A stretch of DNA of 64,000 bases from an uncultured bacterium (GTDB lineage: Bacteria > Planctomycetota > UBA1135 > GCA-002686595), in contig CALSNU010000003.1 of assembly GCA_943787795.1 (NCBI GenBank), forward strand, positions 96,001 through 160,000, read 5' to 3'. Position numbers and translations under genes: made by a program. The notes beneath the pieces were generated by a model. That model was given only the letters and a program-made list of their open reading frames with translations. It searched no databases and was not told the DNA's origin. This document shows, in pieces, positions 28,892-38,551 of this stretch (positions are counted from its first letter, which is position 1; each line of letters starts with the position of its first letter).

Positions 28892-30377
28892 TCAGTCCTC
28901 GAACTCGTCGAAGGACGGACGGTCCGAGGGGATCTCGAACTCCTCGACCTCGCCGAAGCTCATGCGGAGGGTGCCGTCCTTCTCGATGATGGCTACCGAT
29001 CCGGGCTGCATCTGCAGGTCCAGCTTGGGCGTGAAGCACCAGCGCGGCTGGCTGGCGGTGCCGCTGACGATGATCTTGCAGCGGCCCTTGTCCGAGGATG
29101 CGGTACTCGACGTCACTGCTCCGCTCAGCCACCACGCACCCGGCGTGATTCAACTCGTCCATGGTGAAGCCGCGCCATTCGACCGGGGTGAACACTGCAG
29201 GCTCAGGCTCGGGCTCAGGCTCGGGCTCGGGCGCCACCTCCGGGCTGGGTCCCGGGTCCGGAATGGGGTTGGGCTGGGCCTTGCTCGGGCCGGGCTCAGC
29301 CTGGGCCATTTCGGCCGGGGCCATTTCGATCGGGGCCGGCTCGGTGACGTTGATCTCAACGATCTCGGGCGCAGCGATCATGGGCTCGACGGCGTCGTCC
29401 GGGTCGCTGGTGGCGACCGCCGGGGCAGGCTCCATCTCGACGGTGAGGGGGCCCGGCGTGACGGGCGCCTGACCCATCGTGGCTTCGTCCTCGTCGTAGG
29501 GCTCGAGGCCCTCCTGGCACATGGCGCTCTCCTCATCCTCGGGGAACTCCGAGAGGCGGGTGGTCTGCCGCTCGACCTCGCAGTTCTCCTCGAACTCAGG
29601 CATCACCGTCACGGTCTGGCCGCCGGCCGGGACCGAGGCGCTCGTGGCGTCGTTGCTCTGCATCGGGTCAACGCTCAGGCGAACCTCTGCAGGATGGCCA
29701 GGTCCGACCTCGGGGCTCCAGGGCCACGCGATCTGCTCACCGGTGGTGGACCAGCTTCCGCTGGGCTCACCCTTGGCGACGGGGGCGTTCATGAAGCGCG
29801 GGCGATCGAGCCGAACGCTGGACCCCGGCAGGACCTGAAGCGGCGGCAAGGTGGAGCGGCTGGTGCCTTCCCACTGGAGGGAGACCGGCTCACCCGCCTG
29901 GAGGCGGAGCTCACAGGGGCCACCGGTGATGCCTCGGATGTGGAACGCGCTGCGGCCGAAGGTGCCGCTCCATTCGGACGGAAGGAACAGCTCATGCTGC
30001 CCCTCGCGGCACTCGAAGTCGGCCCAGGCAAGCTCGTGGAACTTCAACCCGATCGTCGAGTCCTGGCTGTCCCACTCGATGGATGAGGGGCCGTAGATCC
30101 GCACGCTGCAGGTCCCGGGCCAGGAGATCCTCGCCTCGCTGCCTGTGGGGATCTCGAGCTGGGAGCGACCGACGGTGCCTTCACGGTCACCCTTGCGGAT
30201 GGTCTGGCATCCCGTGTCGCTGCTGATGAGCACCGCGCGACCGTGGGTCACCTCGACCTTCGCCGTGTTGTGCTGGTTGAAGGGGGCCGGGGCCTGCGCG
30301 CTGGTCGCGCCAGCCGGCACGGACAGGATCGCAGCGATCGCCGCTACTGCGGTCGATCGGAGGGAATAATGGAGCAT
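28892..30377 (-). CDS. Secreted FecR-like beta-domain protein with acidic/Pro-rich linker; split by one extra base at 29085-29087
   Basis: Signal peptide, beta-rich N-domain and PEPEPEPEP linker. Removing one base joins ...EYRILGQG to RCKIIVSG... (ORF 28892..29116), giving about 494 aa ending at a stop convergent with mcsB. Confidence 0.6.
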
Positions 30378-30527
30378 GGGTGGAAGCGGTGGATATCGAA
30401 GGGCGGTGGGGCTCCCGGTGGCGGAGCGATGCTCGCGGCGCCACCGATGGGCAGGCTTTGGGCCCCGTTCATTTGCGATATCGTCGAGCCGCTCGGGCCA
30501 AGTTGAGTCAGACCGGTGCGCGAGGTT

Positions 30528-30554
30528 CGGTTCGGGTCGAGTTGACCCGAACCG
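30528..30554. terminator. Hairpin just downstream of the HAD-like gene
   Basis: cggttcgggtc-gagtt-gacccgaaccg, a perfect 11-bp stem; no clear U tract. Confidence 0.45.
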
Positions 30555-30578
30555 GGATTCAGCCCGCCTCGGCGGGCC

Positions 30579-31211
30579 TCAAGCGCTACGTCGGAGGACC
30601 GTCTGATCGCGGGCGATCCACTTGATCGCACCCGCGGCGCTCTCGGTGGTCATGTCGGGATCCACGTGAAAGGCGGCGTCCTTCAGGCTATTGCCGGTCC
30701 GGACTCCTGCGGTGCAGCAGCCGGCACGCCAGCCCGCGACCAGCTCGGTGGTGCTGTCGCCGATGACCCAGGACAGGGACAGCGAGAGCCCCTCCGCCTG
30801 GGCGGCGTGGTGCATGGCGCCGGTTCCCGGGAGCTGATACACCGAGTCACGGTCCTGCCCCTTCACGCCCTCGGGGTGGCTGGTGCAGGAGTAGTCGCGC
30901 CGGACCGGGATGCCCTCCGACTTCAGTCGCGCGACGAGGCCGTCACGGAACCGATCCCACTGGGCCTGGGTCTGCTTACCGAAGGCGACGGTGTCGACGT
31001 TGCCGATGAGGTACAGCTGCCAGCCGGCCTGGGTGGCGCGGAACAGGGAGTCGAGGACGCCGTCGTAGAAGCTCGACTTCCCGATCGACTTGAAGCGGCC
31101 GCCGGGCCCGGGCTCGACGAGCGTCCCGAGGACGTCGAGGAAGATGCCGCGGGGCGGAGGGCCCCAGCCACCAGCGGGGGATTGACCAGAGAGACTGTGG
31201 AGAGCAGACAT
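30579..31211 (-). CDS. GmhB/HisB-like HAD-superfamily protein with degenerate catalytic motifs
   Basis: IFLDVLGTLV, LIGNVD, YSCTSHP, LPGTGAM, SWVIGDSTTELVAGWRAG and VRTG follow the GmhB layout. Confidence 0.75.
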   Translation of the reverse strand: MSALHSLSGQSPAGGWGPPPRGIFLDVLGTLVEPGPGGRFKSIGKSSFYDGVLDSLFRATQAGWQLYLIGNVDTVAFGKQTQAQWDRFRDGLVARLKSEGIPVRRDYSCTSHPEGVKGQDRDSVYQLPGTGAMHHAAQAEGLSLSLSWVIGDSTTELVAGWRAGCCTAGVRTGNSLKDAAFHVDPDMTTESAAGAIKWIARDQTVLRRSA

Positions 31212-31532
31212 TCAGAAAGTGGACGGGGGATCCGGAGAGGACAAAGGGGAGGGGAGCGCCGCGCGTTCCCGTGCCCAGAGGAGGTTTCGGATGTTCGAGG
31301 CTCGAATTGAGGCGAAAAAAAGGACCGATTCCGCGGCTTGCGAACCGGGGAGATCGGTCTCGACGCTCGCTCCGGCTCCTCCTCCTGCACGCGGAGCTTC
31401 GAACCGCATTTATCGACCGCACCCAGGGCCTCGCGCGGCCGGTCCCCATTGGGAGACGGCCGCACGAACGGCGGCAACCAGATCAGGTTCGCGGGTCCGT
31501 GTCGTCGAAGATCCCCGTGAGAAACCGCCTCC

Positions 31533-32774
31533 ATGTCGCTCCGAATCGCCCTCGTCCTGAATCCGCTGACCCTCCGCCGAATGGGCGGAGAACACGCGCC
31601 GTTCCTCGCCCGTGAACTCCTGGGGAAGGGGCACGCGGTCCGGGCCTTCGGCGACGTGGCGGGAGACATCCCGCAGTCCGGCTTTGACGAGGAGGCGGGG
31701 GAGGGCGCGGCGCCGCTGGAGCGGATCGGCCTCCGGGGGTTCGACCCGGACGTCATCATTGCATACGACGGCCACTCGCCCGCTGCGTGGCGCGGCGCAC
31801 GGGCGGCGCGCGAGCTGAAGGTGCCGCTCGTGCTCGTGGAGGCCGGCTTCCCTGCATACGGTCAACCGGTCGAGCGCGCGCTCCGCTGGATCGGGCGAGT
31901 GCTCTGGGGTCGCCTCGTGCGGCGTACCGTGGCCCGAGTCGTGGCGCTGGATCACGCAGCAGAGCAACAGGCCGGGGAGCGGGGCTTCCGGGCAAGTGTC
32001 GTCACGGTGCAGCCGTCCGGTGTGGACGGCGGCGTCTTCCGGCCGGGCCTCTCCAGCGACGTCCTCCACCGGAACGGGATCCATGGCCGGGTCTTGCTCC
32101 ACATGGGGCGGGTCGAGCCAGGCCGTGGGATCGAGGTCCTCATCCAGGCGTTCGCTCGCTCGCTTGGACGGCTCCAGGGGTGGAGCCTCGTGTTCTGCGG
32201 GAACGGGTCCTTCCGCCCCGGCGCGCGCGCCGTGGCAGAGCGCCTCGGGATCGGCGCCCACGTTCACTCCATCGGCATCAACATCGACGCGGAGCTGCCG
32301 GGCCTCCTCGCTTCCTCGACGGCGCTCCTCGTCCCTGTCCTCGATGACGACGTGGCGTCGCTGAAGATCCGGCGCAGCATGGCCTGCGGCGTGCCCGTGG
32401 TCGCCTCGGATGTTGCGCGCCTCTCGGGCCTCGTGCTGAACGACGTGAACGGCCTCGTGGTGGAGGCTGGGGATCTCGAGGCCTGGCAGGCCGCGATCTC
32501 AAGGCTGGCCGCTGACCCCGCTCGTCGCGAACGGTGGGGACTGGGCGCGCTCCGCCACGCAGAGGAGCGGTTCGTCTGGCCGGAGGTAGCCAACCGATTT
32601 GAAGAGGTCCTCGAGGGCGTGGTGGCCGAGCGGCGCGCCTCGAGCGAGCGGACGCGGCTCCAGGGTGCCTCGGACGACGCGGAACCCGACAGCGGAGAGC
32701 TCAGCCTCGCTGCCGTGGAGGCGACGATCCTCGAGGCTAGGGTCCTGGCCGGGCCCGCCGAAGAAGTCGGCTAA
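31533..32774 (+). CDS. Glycosyltransferase family 4 (GT-B) protein, atypical motifs
   Basis: PSGVD..FRP, HMGRVEPGRG, SMACGVPVVASD, VNGLVV, FVWPEVANRF. Confidence 0.8.
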   Translation: MSLRIALVLNPLTLRRMGGEHAPFLARELLGKGHAVRAFGDVAGDIPQSGFDEEAGEGAAPLERIGLRGFDPDVIIAYDGHSPAAWRGARAARELKVPLVLVEAGFPAYGQPVERALRWIGRVLWGRLVRRTVARVVALDHAAEQQAGERGFRASVVTVQPSGVDGGVFRPGLSSDVLHRNGIHGRVLLHMGRVEPGRGIEVLIQAFARSLGRLQGWSLVFCGNGSFRPGARAVAERLGIGAHVHSIGINIDAELPGLLASSTALLVPVLDDDVASLKIRRSMACGVPVVASDVARLSGLVLNDVNGLVVEAGDLEAWQAAISRLAADPARRERWGLGALRHAEERFVWPEVANRFEEVLEGVVAERRASSERTRLQGASDDAEPDSGELSLAAVEATILEARVLAGPAEEVG

Positions 32775-32779
32775 GAAAG

Positions 32780-32809
32780 AGCCCCGCGCCGTCGGGACGG
32801 CTCGGGGCT
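32780..32809 (-). terminator. Intrinsic terminator between convergent GT4 and STAS genes
   Basis: agccccgcgccgtc-gg-gacggctcggggct (one mismatch), followed by CTTTCTT on the minus strand. Confidence 0.65.
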
Positions 32810-32831
32810 GGTCTGGCGATCGGGGCGAGGC

Positions 32832-33644
32832 CTATTGGGTCGCCTTACGGAGCTCCTCCTTGAGGAACTCCATGTCCTTGGCGTACTGGCCGACGGCCTC
32901 GCGCGCCTCGTCTCCGATCTCCTCGAAGGTGCAGCCCACCTTGACGCCGCCCTCACGCTCCTCGAGGAGCGTCACCGCGACCGTCGCCTCAACGAAGCCG
33001 GCCTTGAGGAGGGGGAGGCGGAACTTGGTCGTGATGCGGGTGCCCACGGCAAGCATCTGCCCCATGTCGAAGGCCGAGAGGCCAGTGTTCCCGCCGTCCC
33101 AGAGGAACCGCAGCCCGTCGGAATCGAGGCCCGACATTCGACCCAGGCCGGCCCACTCGCTGCCGAAGGCATGGTTGTGCACCGGGTTGGTCGCCTTGGC
33201 CTGCTCCACGAAGTGGCGCAGCCGTTCCTGATCCACCAACCGGAAGATGACGGAGGCCGGGTCGAGGTCCTCGGGGGAGGCCGTGGAGGTGCTCTCGACG
33301 GCCTCAGAGTTGCTGAGGGCAGCGGCCGCTTCCTCGTCGCTGGAGGCGACCTTGATGACGCGGTCGAGGCCCACCTTCTCGATGATGTCCTTGCAGAACG
33401 GTGATGGGCTGGAAATCGCCAGCCCGCCGCCGTCCTTGGTGAGGGCCTTGGAGGCCTTGATGATGGCGCCCAGCGCGGTGGAGTTGATGAACTTCACCCT
33501 CCGCAGGTTGAGCACCACATTGGGGGTACCAGCCTCCTGGATCGCCGCGACCTCCTTCTCCAGGTCAGCGCAGTAGAAGGTGTCGAACTCTCCGCGAAGG
33601 TGAAGAGTGACGTGCTGATCACCGTGCTCTGCAGTGATGTGCAT
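32832..33644 (-). CDS. STAS anti-sigma-factor antagonist fused to a PilZ-like C-terminal domain
   Basis: LRGEFD, VVLNLRRVKFINSTALG, KVGLDRV; C-terminal GLDSDGLRF...FRLP...VGCTFEEI. ATG at 33644. Confidence 0.8.
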   Translation of the reverse strand: MHITAEHGDQHVTLHLRGEFDTFYCADLEKEVAAIQEAGTPNVVLNLRRVKFINSTALGAIIKASKALTKDGGGLAISSPSPFCKDIIEKVGLDRVIKVASSDEEAAAALSNSEAVESTSTASPEDLDPASVIFRLVDQERLRHFVEQAKATNPVHNHAFGSEWAGLGRMSGLDSDGLRFLWDGGNTGLSAFDMGQMLAVGTRITTKFRLPLLKAGFVEATVAVTLLEEREGGVKVGCTFEEIGDEAREAVGQYAKDMEFLKEELRKATQ

Positions 33645-33765
33645 TTGGATTAAGGGGGTTGGGGGCCTGGTATCCCCTGGAGCCGGTACCAGGGGGGTGA
33701 GGAGTGTCCGCTCGGAATCCGTCGGCCGCAAGTGATTCCGATAGTTGCGAGGATAAGATCGTGCC

Positions 33766-35209
33766 ATGTCCTTCTGGAACAAGCGGCCTGCGCGCCCCGC
33801 CAGTACCGATCGAGCCCCCGTTGAGCCCCGCGCTGGGCTCTCAGCGGAGGCCGAGGCCGCGGCAGACACCACCACATTCCTGAGCGGCGATACGCGGGAG
33901 GACACCCGTTCCCTCGGCGTGCTGCTCGACACCATCGCCAGGGTGTCCGCGTCCCGGGACCTCGAGACTCTCCTGGACTACGTGGTGGATAGCTCGGTGC
34001 AAGCCACGGGAGCCGAGCGCGGCTTCCTCGTGCTGATCGACGAGAAGAGCGGGAAGCAAGTGGTCCGGGTGGCACGCGCCCTGAGCCCGGCGGGCGAGCC
34101 TGGCTCCATCGGCAGAGACTCCCAGTACTCGACGTCGGTGGTCAAGCGTGTCGTCGACAGGCAGGAGCCCATCCGGACCAGCGTTCAGAAGGACTCCGAG
34201 GAGCTCGACCTGGGCAACTCGGTCTTTGACCTGAAGCTCCGCGCCGTGATGTGCGTCCCGCTCACGACCCGCGGCAGCGAGGGCGGCGCTGGACCGTCCT
34301 CCGATGGATCAACAGTGGGGGCGCTGCCCAAGGGAACCCTCTATGTGGACTCTCGCGCAGCGACCCGAGACTTCAAGCCCGAGGACCTCGCCCTCTTCCA
34401 CGCCCTCGCCCAGCACATTGCGATCGCGCTGGAGAACGCGCAGCTCAACCTGCACTCGATCGAGCGGGCCCGACTGGAGCGCTCGCTCGAGATCGCAGCT
34501 GAGATCCAATCGGGGCTCATGCCGAAGTCTCCGCCTCAGCAGGACGGCTTCGACCTCTTCGGTTGGTATCGCAGCGCCGAGCACGCCTCTGGAGACTTCT
34601 ACGACTTCGTGAAGACCCGTGATGGCGGCATCGCCGCGGTCATGGGGGATGTCACGGGGCACGGCGTGGGGCCGGCGCTCATCACGGCCACCGCCCAGGC
34701 GAGCCTCCGGAGCTACGCCCGGGTGCTTGGAGATCCTGGGTCGGTCGTGACGATGCTGAACAGCGACCTCTCCGAGCGCATGGACGACGGGATGTTCCTG
34801 ACGCTGTTCATGGCGGCGCTCGGTCAGGGCGGTGAGCTGCAGATGCTCAACGCCGGACACACGCCGCCGCTGGTGTGGCGCGCCGCGTCGCAGACGATCG
34901 AGTCCGTCGGGGCCGACGGCCCCGCAGTCGGCCTCATGGATGACCTTGAGTACCGCGTGGGGCAACCGCTCCAGCTGTCCCAGGGAGACATCCTGCTCGT
35001 GTTCACCGATGGCCTCGTGGAGGCACGCCACCCAGACCTCCCGGACCGCCTCTTCGACGAGCACGGAGTGCGTGCGGTCCTGTCGGATCAGGGATTCAAG
35101 GGGGCGAGCGCCCGCGAGTGTGTGGAAGCCGTGGCGGCGGCAGCGCTCGAGTTCTCCGGCAACGCCCGCGAGGACGACATCACGATCCCTCGCGATTCGG
35201 AAGGTCTGA
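33766..35209 (+). CDS. GAF-domain SpoIIE/RsbU-like PP2C phosphatase; extra C at 35187-35189 alters the last codons
   Basis: AERGFL, AVMCVPL, LYVDSR, AAEIQ, SGDFYD, GDVTGHG, NAGH, FTDGLVEA. Removing one C gives the canonical ending DDITILAIRKV-stop at 35209. Confidence 0.88.
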
Positions 35210-35227
35210 TTCGGGCGACCGGAGGCC

Positions 35228-36149
35228 ATGAACGGCTCCCCTGAACGCCGCGAGGTTCCGCCGCTTCCCTCGCCCGAGGTCGAGCTTCCCGGGACCTATC
35301 TCTCCCGGATCGGTGCGTTCGCGACCCAGCTCGCCGCGGCGCGGGAGCGGGAGGAGGTCGGGCGCCGGCGGACGCTGCAGGGCGACGGGCAGGAGTTTGT
35401 GGGGCACCGGCCCTATCGACCGGGCGAGGACCTGCGGCGCTTCGATTGGGACCTCCTCGCTCGCCTCGATCGCCCCTATGTCCGCGTCCACCGCTCCGAG
35501 GCGCGGGAGGACTGGTGGATCGCCGTGGACGCCAGCGCCTCCATGGGGGTCGGTCGGCCAGGCAAGCTCCAGTCCGCGGCGGAGGCCGCAGGAGCGTCGA
35601 TCGCGGTCGGTCTGCGCCTGGGGGCCCGGATCACGCTCGTCTCGAGCGGAGGCGAGGGGCCCTCTCGACCCGTCCAGCTCACGAGGACCGCCGAGCTCGG
35701 TCATGGGCTCACGGCGCTCGGCTCGATGTCGGCCGGCGGTCGGGGAGGCCTTGAAGACCTGGTGGCGAGTCGCGGCCACCGCGCGGGGGCGCGGGGCTGC
35801 GGCCGGCTGCTGCTCTTCGGCGACTTCATCGACGTGGACCCCGCCGACGTGCTCCGCCTTCTCGGAGGGCGGCGCCGGCTTCACCTCGGACAGGTCCCTC
35901 GCGCCAGAGGAGTGGAACCCCTCGCTCGCGGGCATCGGCAGCAGCGGCGCCGACTCGTTTGTCGACCCCGAGTCGGGGGCTCGTCGGCGTCCGGGTGAAG
36001 ACCCTCGCCGCGGGCTTGAACGCTACGAGCAGTCCCTCGAGGCGCTCGTGGCGCGCTGGTCGGACCTCGCGGCAGCGCACGGCGTGAGCCACCGCGCGTG
36101 GTCCTCGGCTGATGCGTTCGAGCGCTTCTTACCGGACCTTCTGCGATGA
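35228..36149 (+). CDS. DUF58 (MoxR-associated) protein, split by one extra C at 35896-35898
   Basis: SD GGAGG; EFVGHRPYRPGEDLRRFDW, VDASASM, FGDF. The repaired frame continues QVLAPEEWNP to a TGA overlapping the ATG at 36146 (about 306 aa). Confidence 0.85.
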
Positions 36150-37543
36150 CGGCCCTCGGGATCCTGGGCTGGGCGCTGACGGTGCCGGGCGCGCTCGCGG
36201 GGCTCCTGCTCCCGCTGGGGATCATCTTGCTCTCCTTCCGGCGCCGGCAGCCACGACTGGTGGCGTTGGGGACGGCCCGCCTGTTCGAGGACCGTGAGGC
36301 ATCGGCGGCGTCGCGGCGCCGCTGGCAGCTCTCGGGCTCGCGCTGGTGGGCCGTGGTGGCGCTCGTGCTCGGGATCCTGGCCGCCGGGCGGCCGCGGCCT
36401 GCGGCTGAGGATCAGGCGGTCTTTGTGCTGACCGTCCACGTGGACCGCAGCCCCTCCATGTTCCTCCCTGCGGAGCCGAGCGAACCCGGTGGAGAACGTC
36501 GAATCGACCGAGCGGTTGACGCCGCGACCGCGTGGCTCGCGTCCCTGGACCCGGCGGTGGAGCGGGCGGTGGTCCGCTGGCGTGCGCTGGAGCCCGGAGG
36601 CCTGGATGTCACCCTCGACGCCGGGGACGGATGTCCGGCTGGGCTCCTGGAGGCACCTTCCCGGGCGAACCCGAATCCGCGTTGGGGCCGTTTGGTCGCG
36701 CCAGGCGCGATCTTCGTGACGGACGAGGGGCTCGCTCCCGCGGCCCTCCGTTCGAGCGGGGTCGGGCTCTTCGCGTCGGGCGGGCTCGCGGTGCCAGGGG
36801 CGGTGGCGGCGGGGAGCGACGGGCTCCTGAACTGGAGTGGAGAGGACGACGCTCCGCTTCAGCTCGGAGCCGAGGATGAAGACCTGCGGGTCGTCATCGG
36901 CAGAGAGCTCGCGGCGCCGCTTCGGTCCCTGGCGTCGCTCTGGGCAGAGGAGCGGGGGCTCGCGGTGGGGGGCGCGCCCCAGGGAGCGTCGCTCACGATC
37001 CGGCAAGCTGCATCGCCGGCGGATGACTCTGGGAATCCCAGGAGCTCCTCCACGGTGGGCCGAGACGGCTGGTCGGCGAGGGTCGAGGTGAGTCGGGGCC
37101 CCAGCGCGGACGGGGGCCTCAGCGCGGACGGGGGCCCCATCGCGGACGGAGGCTTGAGCGCGGACGGGGACCAGGGCTGGAGGCCCTGGCTCCTCGATGA
37201 GGCGCGGCAGTGCCTGGTTCGCGCGCGGCGCGGCGAGGTGGAGGTCGGCTTCTCCAGGATCCTGCCCGAGCCCACCTCGATGGAGGCCTTCGCCGTGTCC
37301 TGGGCTCGGCTGCTGGACGAGCACCTCGCGCCGCCAGGGGCGGTGGTCGCCCTCCAGGAGCGGCGCGCCGCCGGGGCTGCGGTCTCCCGAGCGCCGGCCC
37401 TCGCAGGAGCCCTCGATCCAGAGGTCCTCTCCCGGCGCGCCAGGCGAGCCTCCCGGGGCAGGAGGGCCGAGCTGCTGCTCTCGGTGGGCGCCGCTGCCGC
37501 GGGCCTATTGTCCCTGGTCCTGAGGCTGCGCGGTTCGGCGTGA
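36146..37543 (+). CDS. BatA-like N-terminal domain / VWA-like membrane protein
   Basis: LLLPLGIILLSFRRRQPR...TARLF, LAAGRP, VDRSPSM, C-terminal TM; internal 18-bp repeats encoding SADGGL-like units at about 37103-37170. Confidence 0.72.
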   Translation: MTALGILGWALTVPGALAGLLLPLGIILLSFRRRQPRLVALGTARLFEDREASAASRRRWQLSGSRWWAVVALVLGILAAGRPRPAAEDQAVFVLTVHVDRSPSMFLPAEPSEPGGERRIDRAVDAATAWLASLDPAVERAVVRWRALEPGGLDVTLDAGDGCPAGLLEAPSRANPNPRWGRLVAPGAIFVTDEGLAPAALRSSGVGLFASGGLAVPGAVAAGSDGLLNWSGEDDAPLQLGAEDEDLRVVIGRELAAPLRSLASLWAEERGLAVGGAPQGASLTIRQAASPADDSGNPRSSSTVGRDGWSARVEVSRGPSADGGLSADGGPIADGGLSADGDQGWRPWLLDEARQCLVRARRGEVEVGFSRILPEPTSMEAFAVSWARLLDEHLAPPGAVVALQERRAAGAAVSRAPALAGALDPEVLSRRARRASRGRRAELLLSVGAAAAGLLSLVLRLRGSA

Positions 37544-38551
37544 GCGTGTGGCGTGCTGGTGCCAGCGAAGCGCCAGCAGGCCGACGGCCATGGCGAACCA
37601 GAGGGTGCAGAGGCGGGTGACCAGGGTGACGGAGAAGGCCGTGCCGCGGATCGCTCCGCTCGCGAGACCAGCGGCCCTGTACCCGGACTCGAGCAGACCC
37701 GTGAGGAGACCCTCGGTGACGCCGAGGCCACCCGGCGCGATGACGACCACCGCACCCGCAACGGCAGACAGGGCGAAGGCGTAGGTCACGTTGGCGAGTG
37801 AGAGGCCCTCCACCGCGCCGATACCGGGCGGCAGGACGGACCGGGCCACGACCCAGCAGGCCACGCACTCGAGGGACCATCCGAGCGTCGCCAGCAGCGT
37901 GGCCAGGGGCAGCTCTCTCGGGGAGAGGAGCCGCCTTGAGGCGTCGAGGCTCTCGTCCAGTCGGCCGGCCATGGAGCCGATCAGCGGGAGGCGCGCCACG
38001 ACGCGCGTGACCGTACTGGAGGCGCCCCGTGATCCCACGAGGACGAGGAGGCTGGCGGTCAGGGCGAAGGCGGCGCCGCTGATCCAGGCGTGATCCGCCG
38101 CCGTTGAGGTGAAGGCGATCAGGACGAGGAAGCCGAGCAGGTCCGTGAGCCGTTCCGCCAGGACGATTGGCGCGCTGCGGGCGATGGGGGTGCCGTCCTC
38201 TGCCCGGAGGAGCCACGACTTCATGGCCTCGCCCACCTTGCCGGGGGAGACGGTCAGGGAGAGGCCGGCGAGGTAGATCCGCAGGGAGCTCCAGCCTCGC
38301 ACCTCGCTACCGGTGAGCGTCAGGTAGCGCTGCCAGCGCGGGAACCGGACCAGGTAGTTTGCCAGCGAAAGCGAGCATGCGACGACAGGCGCCCACCAGG
38401 GGATCGCTCGCAGCGCCTCACTCAGCCCGTCTAGGTCCGCCCACAGGGCCATGGCGGCGTAGACCGCGAGGCCAAGGATCACCGCGATGAGCAAGCGGCG
38501 CTGCAGGCCCGGGGCGCCGGCGCGCTCCGGCGGTTGCTCCACCGCGTTCAA
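37505..38551 (-). CDS. Lysylphosphatidylglycerol-synthase-TM (UPF0104, flippase-like) protein
   Basis: RFPRW, SPGKVGEAMK, ERLTD, PGGLGVTEG and TRLCTLW motifs; multiple TM segments. Confidence 0.85.
   Translation of the reverse strand: MNAVEQPPERAGAPGLQRRLLIAVILGLAVYAAMALWADLDGLSEALRAIPWWAPVVACSLSLANYLVRFPRWQRYLTLTGSEVRGWSSLRIYLAGLSLTVSPGKVGEAMKSWLLRAEDGTPIARSAPIVLAERLTDLLGFLVLIAFTSTAADHAWISGAAFALTASLLVLVGSRGASSTVTRVVARLPLIGSMAGRLDESLDASRRLLSPRELPLATLLATLGWSLECVACWVVARSVLPPGIGAVEGLSLANVTYAFALSAVAGAVVVIAPGGLGVTEGLLTGLLESGYRAAGLASGAIRGTAFSVTLVTRLCTLWFAMAVGLLALRWHQHATRSRRTAQPQDQGQ

Noticed and set aside
27729..29084. C-terminal half of the 882-aa minus-strand ORF, antisense to mcsB
   Set aside because: Read-through caused by the extra base at about 29086; the repaired gene stops at 28892 and the remainder is the antisense shadow of mcsB.
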